Below, piece by piece: positions 10,730-23,110 of a stretch of 64,000 nt of DNA (position 1 is its first letter; every line of letters starts with the position of its first letter). Source of the stretch: Podarcis melisellensis (Eukaryota); assembly GCA_964234715.1 (NCBI GenBank), contig OZ174282.1; one strand, given 5' to 3'. A model generated the notes under the pieces. That model had not been told where the DNA came from. It ran no database searches and saw only the letters and a list, made by a program, of their open reading frames with translations. Made by a program: the position numbers and the translations under genes.

Positions 10730-13700
10730 CTGTGAGGTACAGAGAGTGACAAGAGGGGGGAAAGCCATTACACCGGGAGAGTGGCCCTGGTGGACACAGG
10801 CCCATAAGTGGGGGCAGTCGGGCAGCCTCGTTCCCTAGACCTCCCTAGACCTCCAGCCCTAGCTAGCCTCACCCCCAACACTTTAATCACACCATTCCTC
10901 CAGTGGCAGAGTTGGAGTTTAGCCCCTCAGCAGGGAACTGTAATATTGGGGGTTGGGGAGGGCAGGAGTGTATGCTGAGTGCCTTGCTCCCCACCCCGGA
11001 TGACAGAACCATCTCTGTAGCCAGGGAGCAGCGCAGGGAACTCTCCTCTGTGACATTAAAGGCTTTCCAATGTGAGGGAGCTGAACCTATATCGCTGCTC
11101 TGCCCAGAAGATGCTCAGCAGAACAGTCAGGCTCAGGGCCCACTTCAGGCCCAACACCTTTCCTGCTGCTGCAGCTGCGCTTACTCCCCAGAACATTTCT
11201 TAGGCCCAAATCTGCCCTCAGAGCCTCAGTCTCCTCATGCTGGCTGAAAAGGAAGGTGATGAGCACAAATGCCCCGAGAGGAGGCTGGCATCAAGGTGAC
11301 CTGGGCCCCTCCTCCTCCCCAGCACCCAGGGCAGGAAGACAAAGAGCAACTGATGTTCGGCCCCTGGAGAGAGAGGGCCAGGCGCCTTGGGCAGGCCCCC
11401 AAAGTTCACACCTGAGCTGCCTGGGGGCCTCCCTTTCACCAGCTGCACACGGGGCTCCAGCCTCTCTGTCCACAGTGGTGGCGGCGGCAGCTCCTGGTGT
11501 GTGAAGTGCAGCGCAGCAGAGTCAGGGAGGGGGAGGTTTTGAGCCAGAGGAACAGGAGGGTTTGGCCTTCCATCTCCCCTTGGGAAGACCCACAAGGAGC
11601 CAGGCCCAGCCAAGGGGCCACCAGCATGCCTTTGGTGATGCAGGGAGCCTGTCCTGGCCCCTTTCTCTCCCCGCTGCCCCACCTTGGCAGCCCTCTGCTC
11701 CTGCTGCAGGCTGCACAGAGCCCTTTTGTCCCCTGGCAAAGACAAGGTGCCTGTGTCTCCAGGCAGGGCAGCGAACACCACTTTCCCCTCCCTCTGCTTT
11801 CTTTAAGAAAATAAACACGCCCGGGCCCCTCCACCACGGCCCATGCACACATAAAGGGACCTTGCTGTTGCAGCAGCCGAGGGTCCCTCTGCGGCTGCAC
11901 ACAAAGCCAGCTTGTGTGTAGGGGGGACAGGCTGTTATCATTTGGGGGAAGGGGCTGCCCCAGCCTTACATAAGGCCTCCTCAGTTCACTACCTCCGCTG
12001 CACCGCTTGGAGCCTCAGCGCTCCTGTTTGGCAGGGAATTCCTAGCCAGGACATGAGAAGGACCTGCGCTTTCCAGCAGTCAGGCCAGTAGGAGCAGGAG
12101 CAAGGAAGGGAAGGAAAAAGGAAGGAAGTTCCAGCTGCTGGTCAGGCTCCCCAGTGCCCCAGGGTGGACATGCCTGGAGCAATGTGAACAAGACAGCAAA
12201 GAGGAAGGCAGCCCAAGGCTTAACATGGATGAGAAGCGATGCCGAGGGGAAAGGAAGGAGAGAGCTCCGCCTCCACCTTCTGGGCACCAGGAGCAGGGAG
12301 CCCTCAGGGAACAGAAGGAGCCTGTATTTGTGATGTTTAATATGTTCTATCATGTTCTAATTGCTTATTGTTTGTAAGCCACTTTGGGAATCATTTGAAT
12401 GAAAAGTAGCATAGAAATATAATAAATCAAATCAAGATGATGGCCAATCGAATGAAGGCCAAAGGCTCTCTGGCCAAGGCAATCCTTGTCAGTTTGCACA
12501 GGCTTGGGGTATAAGAGCTTTCCCAGCAAAAGCAAGGGGTGCGATCCCAGAGTTCCTGCCTCTTTTTCCTAGAAAGGAAGAAGGGGAGGCCCCTTTTTTC
12601 TCTGGCAGGGCCTTTCAGCCAGTGGCTCCCTACAGTATAGCAGTCGCCAAGGGAAAAGCACCACTCTAACCAATGAGGGGAGCGCTTCTCTGGTTGGGTG
12701 CACAGGAACACATAGGGAGAAATAGGGTCAGAGAAAGCTGTCTGATGAGGGAAAGAGGGCAGAGAAAGTTGGTTTGTGGAGTTCAGGATTGTCTATACTG
12801 ATTGGCCATGGTTCTCTAGGGTGTTGTAGACACCAGGGACCTTCCATATGCCCCTACTGGGTACAAATCCACCAAGCAGTAGCTTCATTTAGCCTACATG
12901 CTAGCAGTCTGTCAACGAGAATAGAAGGTTGGGAGGGAGTTCTGGTAGGGAAGGGGAAAGAGCCCTCCAGGCTAGTCAAGGACACTCGAGGGTTTAAAGA
13001 GGACAATCGCTGAGATGCAAGGCACCTTTCTGGAAGAAGCCTTGTACACCCAGCAGAACAAGCTTTGCCAGCTGGCTTGCAAGGAAAGGCGCTACTATTA
13101 GAGGGATAGCCAGAGGAAGGGGCAAAGCAGGACGTGGGACCCCAAAACATGGTTGCCCACACAACTCTTTCCCAGCATCAGCCTGGCCACAGTTCAGTGA
13201 AGCCGTCTTTGAGGTTGGCTTTCCAACGAGGAGCCCATCCATCCATCCATCCATCCATCCTTACAACTTCCTCCTTGGATCCTGCTACCACTTTGTGTGG
13301 AGCAGAAATCAGGGCTGGCTTCCTTCTGAATGACTTCTTTGTGGCTGCAGCTCCAGCATCCCTGCCTGGGGCCAGGCAGAATGAGAAGCAAAGTCACAAA
13401 CCTTTGCAGGAGCTGTAAAAGCATTGGGGGGGGGGAGAGAAGGGGGCTCCCTAAACAAGAACCTCTTGATGCAACCTGAGAACAAGGGTGATGATTGTAG
13501 GGGCGGGGGGGGGGGGGAAGGTGTTGTTTGCACACTGCAGCCCGAAAGGCTCCAGGCCCCTTGTTTTCACACTCAATTGGTGCAGCCACATGAGGATTTG
13601 TTTTTACACACAGAGAGAGATTTCTTCTGAGCCATACCCCCTGCTCTGGGTCCGGCCTTGATTCAGATGCTGGCTGCTTCAAGAGCCTTGGCGGAAGGCC

Positions 13701-14894
13701 CCATTCCCTGCCTGGCTGGCAGGCGAGAGGACATACGAAGGAAGCTGCTGCACTCACACAGTAAAAATGGGATCAGCCTCCAGGTTGGGGGGGTTTGTAA
13801 ACCTGTGCCCAGAACAGGCTTGAGAACAAAGCGTCCCTTGCGGGTGGGTGGGAATCTGGAGCTGCAATCGATGCATCCGATGAGGGACTTGGGAGCTGCT
13901 GCAGCCAAGGCAGTAGCCGGCTGGCTCTTATTGAACTAATTTGCACCCCACCCTCCATCTCCCCAAACAGCCTCTCTTACTGGAGCACTGCTGGGGCTGC
14001 CTGGCCAAAACGTTGGTTCTGGCAGAGCGCTTCTGCAGCAGATGTCCAAGGAGCACAGCTAGGCTGGGAAGAAATCCCCACCCCACCACTGCCATTCTGG
14101 TGCAGCAAACAGAGCCCACCCGTGGGCCAAGGACAGAAGATGCTCAAGGAACATGCAGGGATCTTCAGGACACACAAAGGCTGCTGACCCAGCTGGAGAT
14201 CCCAAGAAAACTTCAGATGTGCCCATCCATCTGCTCCAGGAGGCCTAAAGGCAGCTGGCAAAGTGCCAGGAAGGAACTGTGACTTCCTCCTCTCCCAGTG
14301 CAGCCCAGCAAGGCCAGTTCAAATCATTCTTCAGCCCTGAGGCTCACTGGGCAGCCTCAGGTAGGCCTCTCACCAAGGCTACTTTGCAGGGAGGAAGCCT
14401 CCACTCTCAGCTCCTCAGAAGAAGAGAGGCCACATATGCCACCAGTCCTCAGCGCCTGAGAGATGAGCCACATGAGTTTCCCGTCTTGTGCCTTCAAGAC
14501 TGTATCCACCCCCAGCCAGAGCATCACAGAGAAAGGCATTTGGATCCGAGATGCCTGTTGGTAGAATCAGGTGGCCATTGTAGGTGGTTTTGCAGAGGTC
14601 TCAGGGTATTGCTTTCTCATTAGCTGTGCATTGCTTATCCTGAAATGGGTGCAGAGCCCTAGCAATGAGGCAGGATAGAAATTAAACCAATAAGACCCGC
14701 CCCCCCCCCCGCCCTCACAAGGGCTGCCCTTTCTCTCCTGCCCAGCACAGAGAGAAAGTGAGGGTGTAGTCTTTGGGTGCTTGCTCAATGGAAGGCTGAT
14801 GGGGAGCAGACACCCACACCCATGGCAAGGAGAAGTGAGAGTGGCCATTCTCAGTGCCAGCTGTGAATCTGCTCTACCTGGAGTCACTTCCTCT

Positions 14895-15460
14895 CCTCAA
14901 AAAAGATATGGTAGAGTTGGAAAAGGCAAAACAATCAAAGGGATGGAGCAACAGCCCTATGGGGAAAAGTTACAACGTTTGGGACTTTTTGGTTTAGAGA
15001 AAAGGCAAGAAAGGGATGGTAGAAGAATATGGAGTTATGCATGGCATGGAGAAAGTGGACAGAGAAGTCCCTCTTTCATAGCACTTGAAATTGAGCACAC
15101 CTAATGAAGCGGAATGAAGATTCAGGACAGAAAAAGACACTACTCCTTTGCACAGCACATCTTTATGGAACTCACTCCCACAAGAGGCAGTGATGGCCAA
15201 CAACTCAGGTGGCTTTAAAAGAGAGTTACACAAATTCATGAGGGACAAGGCTATCAACAGCTCTTAGCCATAATGACTATGTTCTGCCTTCACCATCAGA
15301 GGCAGTAACTTCTGAATATCAGCTGCTGGAAACCACAAGAGAGGAGAGTGCTCTTTTGCTCAGCTTTCCCACAGGCATCTGGTCACCCACTGCGAGAACA
15401 GGATGCTGGACTAGATGGGCCACTGGCCTGATCCTGCAGAGCCTTTCCTATGTTCTTATG
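14895..15460 (+). mobile_element. CR1 LINE 3' fragment
   Basis: IKGMEQQPYGEKLQRLGLFGLEKRQ plus tail ...ggactagatgggccactggcctgatcc...tgttcttatg. Confidence 0.9.
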
Positions 15461-16616
15461 CAATTCATACAGGAAAACAACCACAGCAAGCAGCCCTTGC
15501 CTCAGAGCCACAGGGAGAAAGAAAGCCTGGTCTTCTGACACTCACCGGCAGTGGCTGTGCTGTCGCTTTAAGAAGCCTCCCCTCGCAGCCAGTGCCAGGG
15601 AAAATTCCATCCTTTTTGGTACCGAGCGGAGCCTTTTCCATTTGCCGCCCAAAACTACGCCTTGCCTCATGAAAGGAGCATTGTGTCCGGCACACAAGGA
15701 GGAAGAGGAGCAGCTCAGGTGGGTGAGGAGAGGGCGGGAGGGCGACTCAGGCCCGCCAGGCAGGATCTCAAACACTCGCCCTCCAACCACACCACAAGGC
15801 CCCAAAAGGGCAGCCCCAATGTTAACCCCCCCCCCCCCGCGCACACAAAAGCCACTTCCAGCAACCATGAAGCCCTTGCCACCTTTTGCTCTGAGGCACC
15901 AGTGCGGCAAGGAGCTCTGACACAGCAAGGGAAGGTGCAGGTAAGCCTTCGCTCATTTTCTTGACCCAGAGCAGGGGGTCTCTCTCCACTCACCTCCAGT
16001 CAAAGCCTGCTCACCAAGGCCCAGACATCGCAAAGCTAGTGGACCAGGCCATAAGGCCTAAGCCCAGGGAGAAGAGACTGCCCCAGAAAAGTAGCGGGCT
16101 GTTGCTCTGACATTGCCCCCACCTCCATCTGCTATCTCCAGGCCCCGCACCTCTCAATACGAGGTCTGTATTCTGTGAGGCGGGGGCCATGGTGGGGGCA
16201 GGGGAGCAGTTTGGGCTGAAGGAGACGGAGAGAGCCTTTCCCTGCCGGGAGCCCCCTGAATAGAGGCCTTTATGTAGCAGCAGCAGCAGCAGCAGCGGCT
16301 GCCGCCACGGGCCACTCCAGCAACCACAAATGGCAGCAGACAGCCAAGGGCCTCGTGTTGCTGGGCGGGCTGCTCTGCTTTCCTGGCTGGTGAAGTGGTG
16401 GCCTCCATCAGACACACCAGCAGCAGCAGCCCTGTGCGCCTGACAGGCCTCCCAGCCGCTCACAATGAGGCCTTGTCTTCTGCCAAGGCCAGAGCATTTC
16501 CACCACCAGGTATGCCTTATTTCCCCCTGCCAGAGGACGCAGAAAACCTGGTGATGCCCAAACAGGAGGACAGGCCAGTGGAGGGAGCTGTGGAGAGTCT
16601 CTGCCATGGGACATAC

Positions 16617-16738
16617 CTTTCCCTTTGCTCTGCTTCAGTGCACTGGGGAGACTGATGGAGGCTGTGCCCAGCAACTCATTCCGCAGGGTGTGGTAGCTCC
16701 AGAGTTTCACGTCAAGGTGGCTTTGTGAGGTGACATTC
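16617..16738 (-). CDS. WWP2: WWP2 exon 4 (C2 domain)
   Basis: 122 nt, NVTSQSHLDVKLWSYHTLRNELLGTASISL..., AG/GT boundaries. Confidence 0.96.
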
Positions 16739-17300
16739 CTGCAGCGGGGTTGGGGGAGGAAGAGGATGCAAAAGAAGACAGGTTGGTGAGGCGGAGGGAT
16801 CAAGTTTGCCTTGTGCCAAGCATGAGGGATGTTCAGTAAAAGTCAATTTGGGGACAAAACTAAACGTTAAAAGGTGAAAGGGGGGCTCTGCCGAAATAAA
16901 TGAAAAGAATGTGAGTGCTCTCGACCCATCATTAGGCTTCCCAAACATAAGAAGAGCAAACTAGGTCATCCCAGGCCCCAGTGAGAGGCCTTCCAAGGAC
17001 CAGTCATTTTGGCAAACAGGCTATAGATGACAAGTCAGGGGGAGCCAAGGGCCTTCCCTTGTTTGGAAACACAGCTGATAACATGCAGATGCGTCCCTTG
17101 CAAGGGCTCCTGCTTCACCATGGAAAGAGCAGCTGCCGCAGCCACAGAGCCTAAGGCCCATCCCACCACTTTTGCTCCTACACAGCTGCTAGCCTGGGCA
17201 AGCCCTTGGGGCCAGAGCAGGCCCACCTGGGCAAAGCCAGTGCCTGCCTCAGCTCTGTTTCACACACACACCCCAATTCCCTAGAGCCCCAAATTCTTAC

Positions 17301-17448
17301 AGCACAAGATTCTCGTTCCAGAGCAGCTCTGAGCTCCCGATCCGCTTTGCTGTCTTCTTGGTCTCGCTGGTGAGCCCATCCGCCGTCACCTCCACGAAGC
17401 AGGTAATCCGAGCCTGGCGCCCCTGTGCCTTGGGCTTTGCTGACACCA
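17301..17448 (-). CDS. WWP2: WWP2 exon 3 (C2 domain)
   Basis: 148 nt, VVSAKPKAQGRQARITCFVEVTADGLTSETKKTAKRIGSSELLWNENLVL, AG/GT boundaries. Confidence 0.96.
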
Positions 17449-17827
17449 CTGGAGGGAGGAAGTGGAGGAAGTTCAATAGCTGCTCCTTGGCTGGAGTGGT
17501 GGGTGGTGCCTGCCCCAGGCTAGCCTGGTAGGGATTTTGGGGTAGCCAGATCTACTTGCATGCCAGGGAGAGTGACAATGACACCCAACTGTGCCCTTTT
17601 AACCCCTCCCCTTTACACAGGAGGCTCCATTGCTGGTTCCACCCTTTATGCAAGCACAAAATTGCCAAAGGAACAAGCAGGGCAAAGGGCCTATCTATGG
17701 CCTACACTGAAACCTCACTTGAAAATAGATGAAGAGCCCTGGATTCCCGCAAAGAACCCTGGGAAGCAAACCTGCTGGCCCGTAGGGTGATAGAAGTCCC
17801 TTCCCATCCAAACAAAGGCTAGAATAC

Positions 17828-17956
17828 AGGCAGCTCAATGTGGTGCCCTCCAGATATTGCTGGACTCCAACTCCCATCATGCCTGACCACTGGCTATGGT
17901 GGCTGCTGGGGGTGACCGGAGCTGGAGCCAAACAGCACCACTTTGGCTACCGCTGG
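17828..17956. mobile_element. Short palindromic MITE-like repeat (other copies ~19246-19366, ~22365-22460, ~36316-36440, ~51575-51645)
   Basis: Shared core ggactacaactcccatcat / gatgggagttgtagtcc. Confidence 0.65.
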
Positions 17957-19878
17957 TTCAAACAGCCACTCTCCTCCCCTCCCCACCTTGGGAGCTTGCA
18001 CTGGACAAGGAGGCGAGAGTGCCCCCTTGGCATTCCAGAGGGTCTCTTACTTGAGACCCAGAGTCTAGCCCTAGCTGGAGAGTGCCAAGGCTGATGAGTG
18101 CCGACTACAGACCCAGGGGCTGACATTTCAGCCACGAGAGGAAGGCAGGGCAGCTGCAGCCTGTGCAGAAATGCTCCTGCAACTGCCAGTGTTGGGAGCC
18201 CCCTGGTGGCACAGTGTGTGCAGCTGGCCGGACCGAACAGCCGCAAGAGGCTGCCGTCTGGCCCCATCATACGCTCCCCCCTGCAGCTGCTTGAGGTGCA
18301 ACCAAAGCATTCATGTTGGGGGGGGGCGGGGGGCACCAGCTAGCCAGAAAAACAAGTCTGGGGTGGGGGGGAAGAAAGGGGAGAGTTGCCTCTCAGCCTT
18401 ATGAGCAATGACCCAATGGCACACTGCTGTCACAACAGGCCAGAGGACAAGAGAAAAACTTGTGGGTCTCACTTTTAAGAATGGAGGGCAATGTGAAGAG
18501 TTAAACACTCACATATCAGTAGAGTTGGGAGATACCCTTGCCTGAAACCCTGGAGAGCTGCTGCCACTCAGTGTGGACAATATTAATCTATATGGACTCA
18601 GTATAAAGCAACTTCCAGCCTTCCTCCTTGTAGAATGAATTTAAGCAGTTGTAGTTAGTTGAGTTCCTGCAGTATGATGGGATGGCCCTGCAGTGGTGGC
18701 TCTCAGGGTGTGGAAGGACCCGGTAAGTAACCCTACCACAGCCATGCCTCTCTGACCTGGATCCAAAGTTTGCAGGATCAGCAAGTAAAAGTCCATTGCT
18801 GTTATGACTAGATGGTAGGGAAGCTGTTTCTCTTCCCACACCCACCCTTGAATGTAAATGAATGTGTGTGTGTACACACACATACAAACAAATACTGATG
18901 GGAGAACCCATTTGTTCCACACCCTGAACTGACAGTAGTTAGGAGTGGGGACTGCTAAAGTTCAGGCCATCTTGGCAAGCTGTAGGGAAAAGATCAGAAG
19001 GTCACACAGTCATCTTGTCGGCAAGGGTTTTCTAGCAGGCAAGGAAATTCTGGGTCATGCTAAAAAAAGAAGAAGTCATCCCTACGTTGGGGACAGCACA
19101 AGTGGGAATGACTGGGAATAACTGAAAGACCACAGCAAACAAATCGAGGAATTATCATGGGACCACCCAAATGCTGGCTTCAATGCTTTCATGTTAAATG
19201 GAGCTCTTCTTCACTGGCAGCTGCTTAAAATAAAAGCAGTGTAAAGGGGGTGGAATCTGTTGCCCTTCAGATGACAACTCCCACCATCCCTGACTACTGA
19301 CCACACTGGCTGGTGCTGAGGGAAATGAGAACCCAACAACCTCTGAAGGGCCACAAGTTACCCATCTCAATGTAAACTAGTCTCCTCTTCATTTTAGAGA
19401 ATATTTAGCACCTCATGGAATACATGAAATGTTCTCATCCAGACTGCTCTGCTCCCTACTGTTTTTTTTAAAGCTTTTGCTCAGCATAATTATTTGTGAG
19501 TCCGAATAGCACCCATAAAGCAATATAAATGTTCTATAAGCTTCCTAATATTCTGATCTGAACTTGGCTGATAACCAGTCAGTATCTGTAATGGATCTGA
19601 AATTGTTTTTTAACATGTGTGATTGTTTCTATATGTGTTCTTTAATGTGTTATGAAATTCCTTTAAGATGCTTCATGGAAAGAGATTTGTAAATTAACTG
19701 AACACAACCCCACGGCGCAGCTACGCTTACACAAAAAATCCTTGCAGCTGATGGGAATTTCACAGGTGAACCAAGGAGAAAGGACATCCAGAGCCGACAG
19801 AGGGGCAGACCAGAAACAACCGATACCTCCTTATTATTGCCAAACTCCAGAGAGTTGCTCCTGGACAAGAGGACTCAC

Positions 19879-19927
19879 CTTTCACAGTAAGTGGAGATTT
19901 CTCTCCAGGCAACCCCACAGAAGCCAT
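19879..19927 (-). CDS. WWP2: WWP2 exon 2 coding part, MASVGLPGEKSPLTVK (whole exon 19942-19879)
   Basis: Acceptor ttcgtag, gaaATGg Kozak context, donor AAG|GTGAGT. Similar to human ...LPFEKSQLTLK. Confidence 0.9.
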
Positions 19928-20095
19928 TTCATCGCTGGATGCCTACGAAAGCAAGAGAGCAATAGGTGACACATTGTCTGAAAAGTTGGGGTGAGTCTCC
20001 TCCAAGTTCCGGTACTGGACACAGAGCTGGGAGCATCAGCACTAGGGAATGGGAGGAAACCTGGTTTATGGGCTCCATCTTCCATCAGCCACAGA

Positions 20096-20223
20096 CATGG
20101 GCGTAGCCAGGGTTTTTGTTAGGGGGGCAGGCTTTTGTTAGGGGGGACAGAACCTCAGATTTGTATTGATTTGTATTGCTTGGGGGGCAGTTGCCCCCCC
20201 ACCCCTCCTTGGCTATGCCCATG
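20096..20223. mobile_element. hAT-type MITE
   Basis: TIRs CATGGGCGTAGCCA / TGGCTATGCCCATG; 8-bp TSD gccacaga / gccacagc. Confidence 0.85.
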
Positions 20224-23069
20224 GCCACAGCTAGCATGGCCTGATGGAGTGAGATGCTAGGAGTTTGGCTACTTCCTGCTGCTTCTCTGAGTTTGCCCCT
20301 TTGGCTCAGGACAGGAAATACCTTGCTCTCACCAACCATACAGATAACTGCACCCTCCAAACTTAGAACTTTTCCAGTTGTTGAGTTCTGAATTCTGGAA
20401 CAGATAGAGCTCCTTGAAGAGAACCATCAAAAGCCCCAATCCAGCAACAGTTCCAGAAAAACCAGGCCCCAGGGGGTAGAGTGGGAAATTCCCCTCACTG
20501 AGTAAGACAGCAAAGACAGAAGGAAGAAGAGAGCTTCAGAGCACAGACACAAAGAGGAAGTGGGTGCAGAACAGCTCAGTTAAGGACTGCTAGCATTTGT
20601 TTGCACACAGCAAGCTCTGATGAAGAGGAGCAGCAGCAGCCCTACGGGAGCTTTTCATTCAGTAAAGAGGAGGAACTTCATGCTTGAGCTTCTGGATCAT
20701 AAAAAGTTTTGTATTTTAAGTCTCTGAATGACAAGTGGGCAGGTAAGGTTAGAAGAAGAAGCAGGAACACCCCCTCCTGAATGAGTTTCCTCGCTCACTT
20801 TCTATCCCCCACAGAAGAGTGAGTTTGTCGATTTGCACTAGCTACAGATCTCCAAGAGCAGGAAGACAGAGTTAGTTCACAACAGAGTGTGAGTCTAGCA
20901 ACCGCGCAAGCTGCTCAGGAGGAACCAAACCAAGTCAGCTAATCATTAACACATTCAATCATTGCATATTTATTACTCTCCTTCAAACCCAGTACTCTGT
21001 GAAGGTGATAGGTGACACACATACCAATTCACTTCATTCCCTCCATGGTCTCAGATGCATTGAGAATGAGCCAAAATTTGAGTTAAACAGAACATAAGGT
21101 AAATTATAGGTGGATGGTATCAATCCCACATATGGGTACAGTTCTAGTGTACCCAGAGAACATCAATGTTGGCAGTTCCTTTCAACAAAATGAGCAAGAT
21201 GCAAACAAGAAGTCCAATAGTTCACACACAGCAATGCAAGAGGCAGTGGCAAAAATCACTCAACATGCCTCATGACGTGTCTACATCAGCTGTTACCTGC
21301 ATGACAGAGAGAGCTGTCCTCTCTCCTTTGTGAAATACTCCCATACTTCTTTGTAGAACTCTCTGGAGCTCCTTTAAAGAGTCCCTATGTTTCCCACAGC
21401 AGTCCTTGCCACAACCAGGAAGAATCTACACAATTCATTTGCACACACACATACACACCCCTTTGTTTAAACAGTATCACTTAGGCTACGGTAAATCTTT
21501 ACAAGTAGCTGCAGCAGTTAGCCAATTCAAGAAGCAAACTTGTCTCAATCATTGCGCTTATGTATAGTGAGCACATAAACAGCAATTCCAACAGAAAAGC
21601 TGAATCCCAAACAATAAGCAACGCAATAAAAGAAGCAATACAAACTTCCCTATAATCTGAGCAAAGCAAATACTGTAAGTGGATGAACCTCCTTTGCATG
21701 TGTCCAAGGAACGTCATGGTGCCCCTAGTAGAGCCAAAGGCTATTCTGTGGGTTCCTTAGAAAAGGAGGAAGTGCACCCAATGGTTTGATGCAGCCTCAT
21801 CATACAGCAAGGCACTGTAGAGCAACACAACTGAAAAGCACACCCTATACAGACCGTCTGGACACTTCCACTGGCACAAAACGTAGCAATTTGTCCCACA
21901 GCTGAGTAGGTTAATGGCAGCCCAGCTCTCTGGGGAAAACTCTACAGTGACTGCCAAAAAATAAGTCCAGGTGTCCATAGTCATATGAAAGCAACTCTTA
22001 CCCAGTGTTAGAAACTGAGATATGAAGCTAGGAGCTAAATGGCATCTTAAATCTAGGTTGTGGGTGCAACAACGGCACACTTTTAAAATAACAATACAAA
22101 GCTGAAAATGAACAAACTGCAGCTAAAATATTATGTTCATTATGCTCACCCCCCCTAATATTCTTAAGAGGGTCTCTTCTCCAGTCTTCTGAGAGTAGCT
22201 GGAAGTGGGGAAGCAGAAAAAGGTCCTTCTTTCCTTCCACTCCGCAGTTTTAATCTGAAATCTTAGGTGCAGTACTGTGTGCCCAGAGCTCAGAAACTGT
22301 TCACACTAATGAAATTCCATCACAAAATGTGCCTAAAACAATGGGAGTTTTGAACACTGCTCTCACCAACCTAGTATACTCCAGGTGTTTTGGACTACAA
22401 CCGTACTGGCTAAGGATGATGAGAGTTGTAGTCCAAAACTGCTGAAGGGCAGGCAGCAGGCTAACGGAGTCTGCCTTAAAGGGCCTGAGGCCCTCTTCAC
22501 CGTAGAGCAGTCCGCCTCATAGAAAGTACATATCTTAAGGGCACCTTCTGAACAGACGAGCTCAGCTGCTGAGGTACTCAGAGAGACAACCCCTGCCCTC
22601 TTTAAAGCTTTCAAGGGACAAGGCAGGCAGGCAGTGGGGCTGGAGACCCAGGGTGCCTGCGGTTTCCAAGCCTGTCGACATTATATACGCACACATACAG
22701 CAAAAATATTTGGGGTTTGCTCAGGCCTCCCGTTTCTAAAGGTTTTGGCTGACTACTTCATCCCTTCATTTGCCACCTTCGCCTTTCCTGTAGCTTCGCG
22801 GGGCGGGGGTTGTTGTTGCTGTTATAACCTGAAAAGCGGGATGGAACTAACAACCCCTAAAAACAAACAAACAAACAAACAAACAAATGTTTGTTTGTTT
22901 TTTAAAAGAGAAACTCAGGAGTGTTTTGTTTTTTAAAGCTGCCCGCTGATTTTCAAAATGTTGGAGAGAAGGAAGCCAGGTAAGCAAGCAAGCGGGTGTG
23001 GGTATCCGTATGTGTCAATCACAGCAGTGGCCAGACCCCCGCTTCCCACCCTCAAATCTCCAGACTTAC

Positions 23070-23110
23070 CGGCGACGGTTCCCAGCTTCTTCCCACTTCC
23101 ACCTCCTGTA
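23070..23110 (-). other. WWP2: WWP2 non-coding exon 1 (5' end approximate)
   Basis: Strong donor CCG|GTAAGT at 23070/23069 inside the CpG island, next to the promoter motifs. TSS cannot be determined from sequence. Confidence 0.7.
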
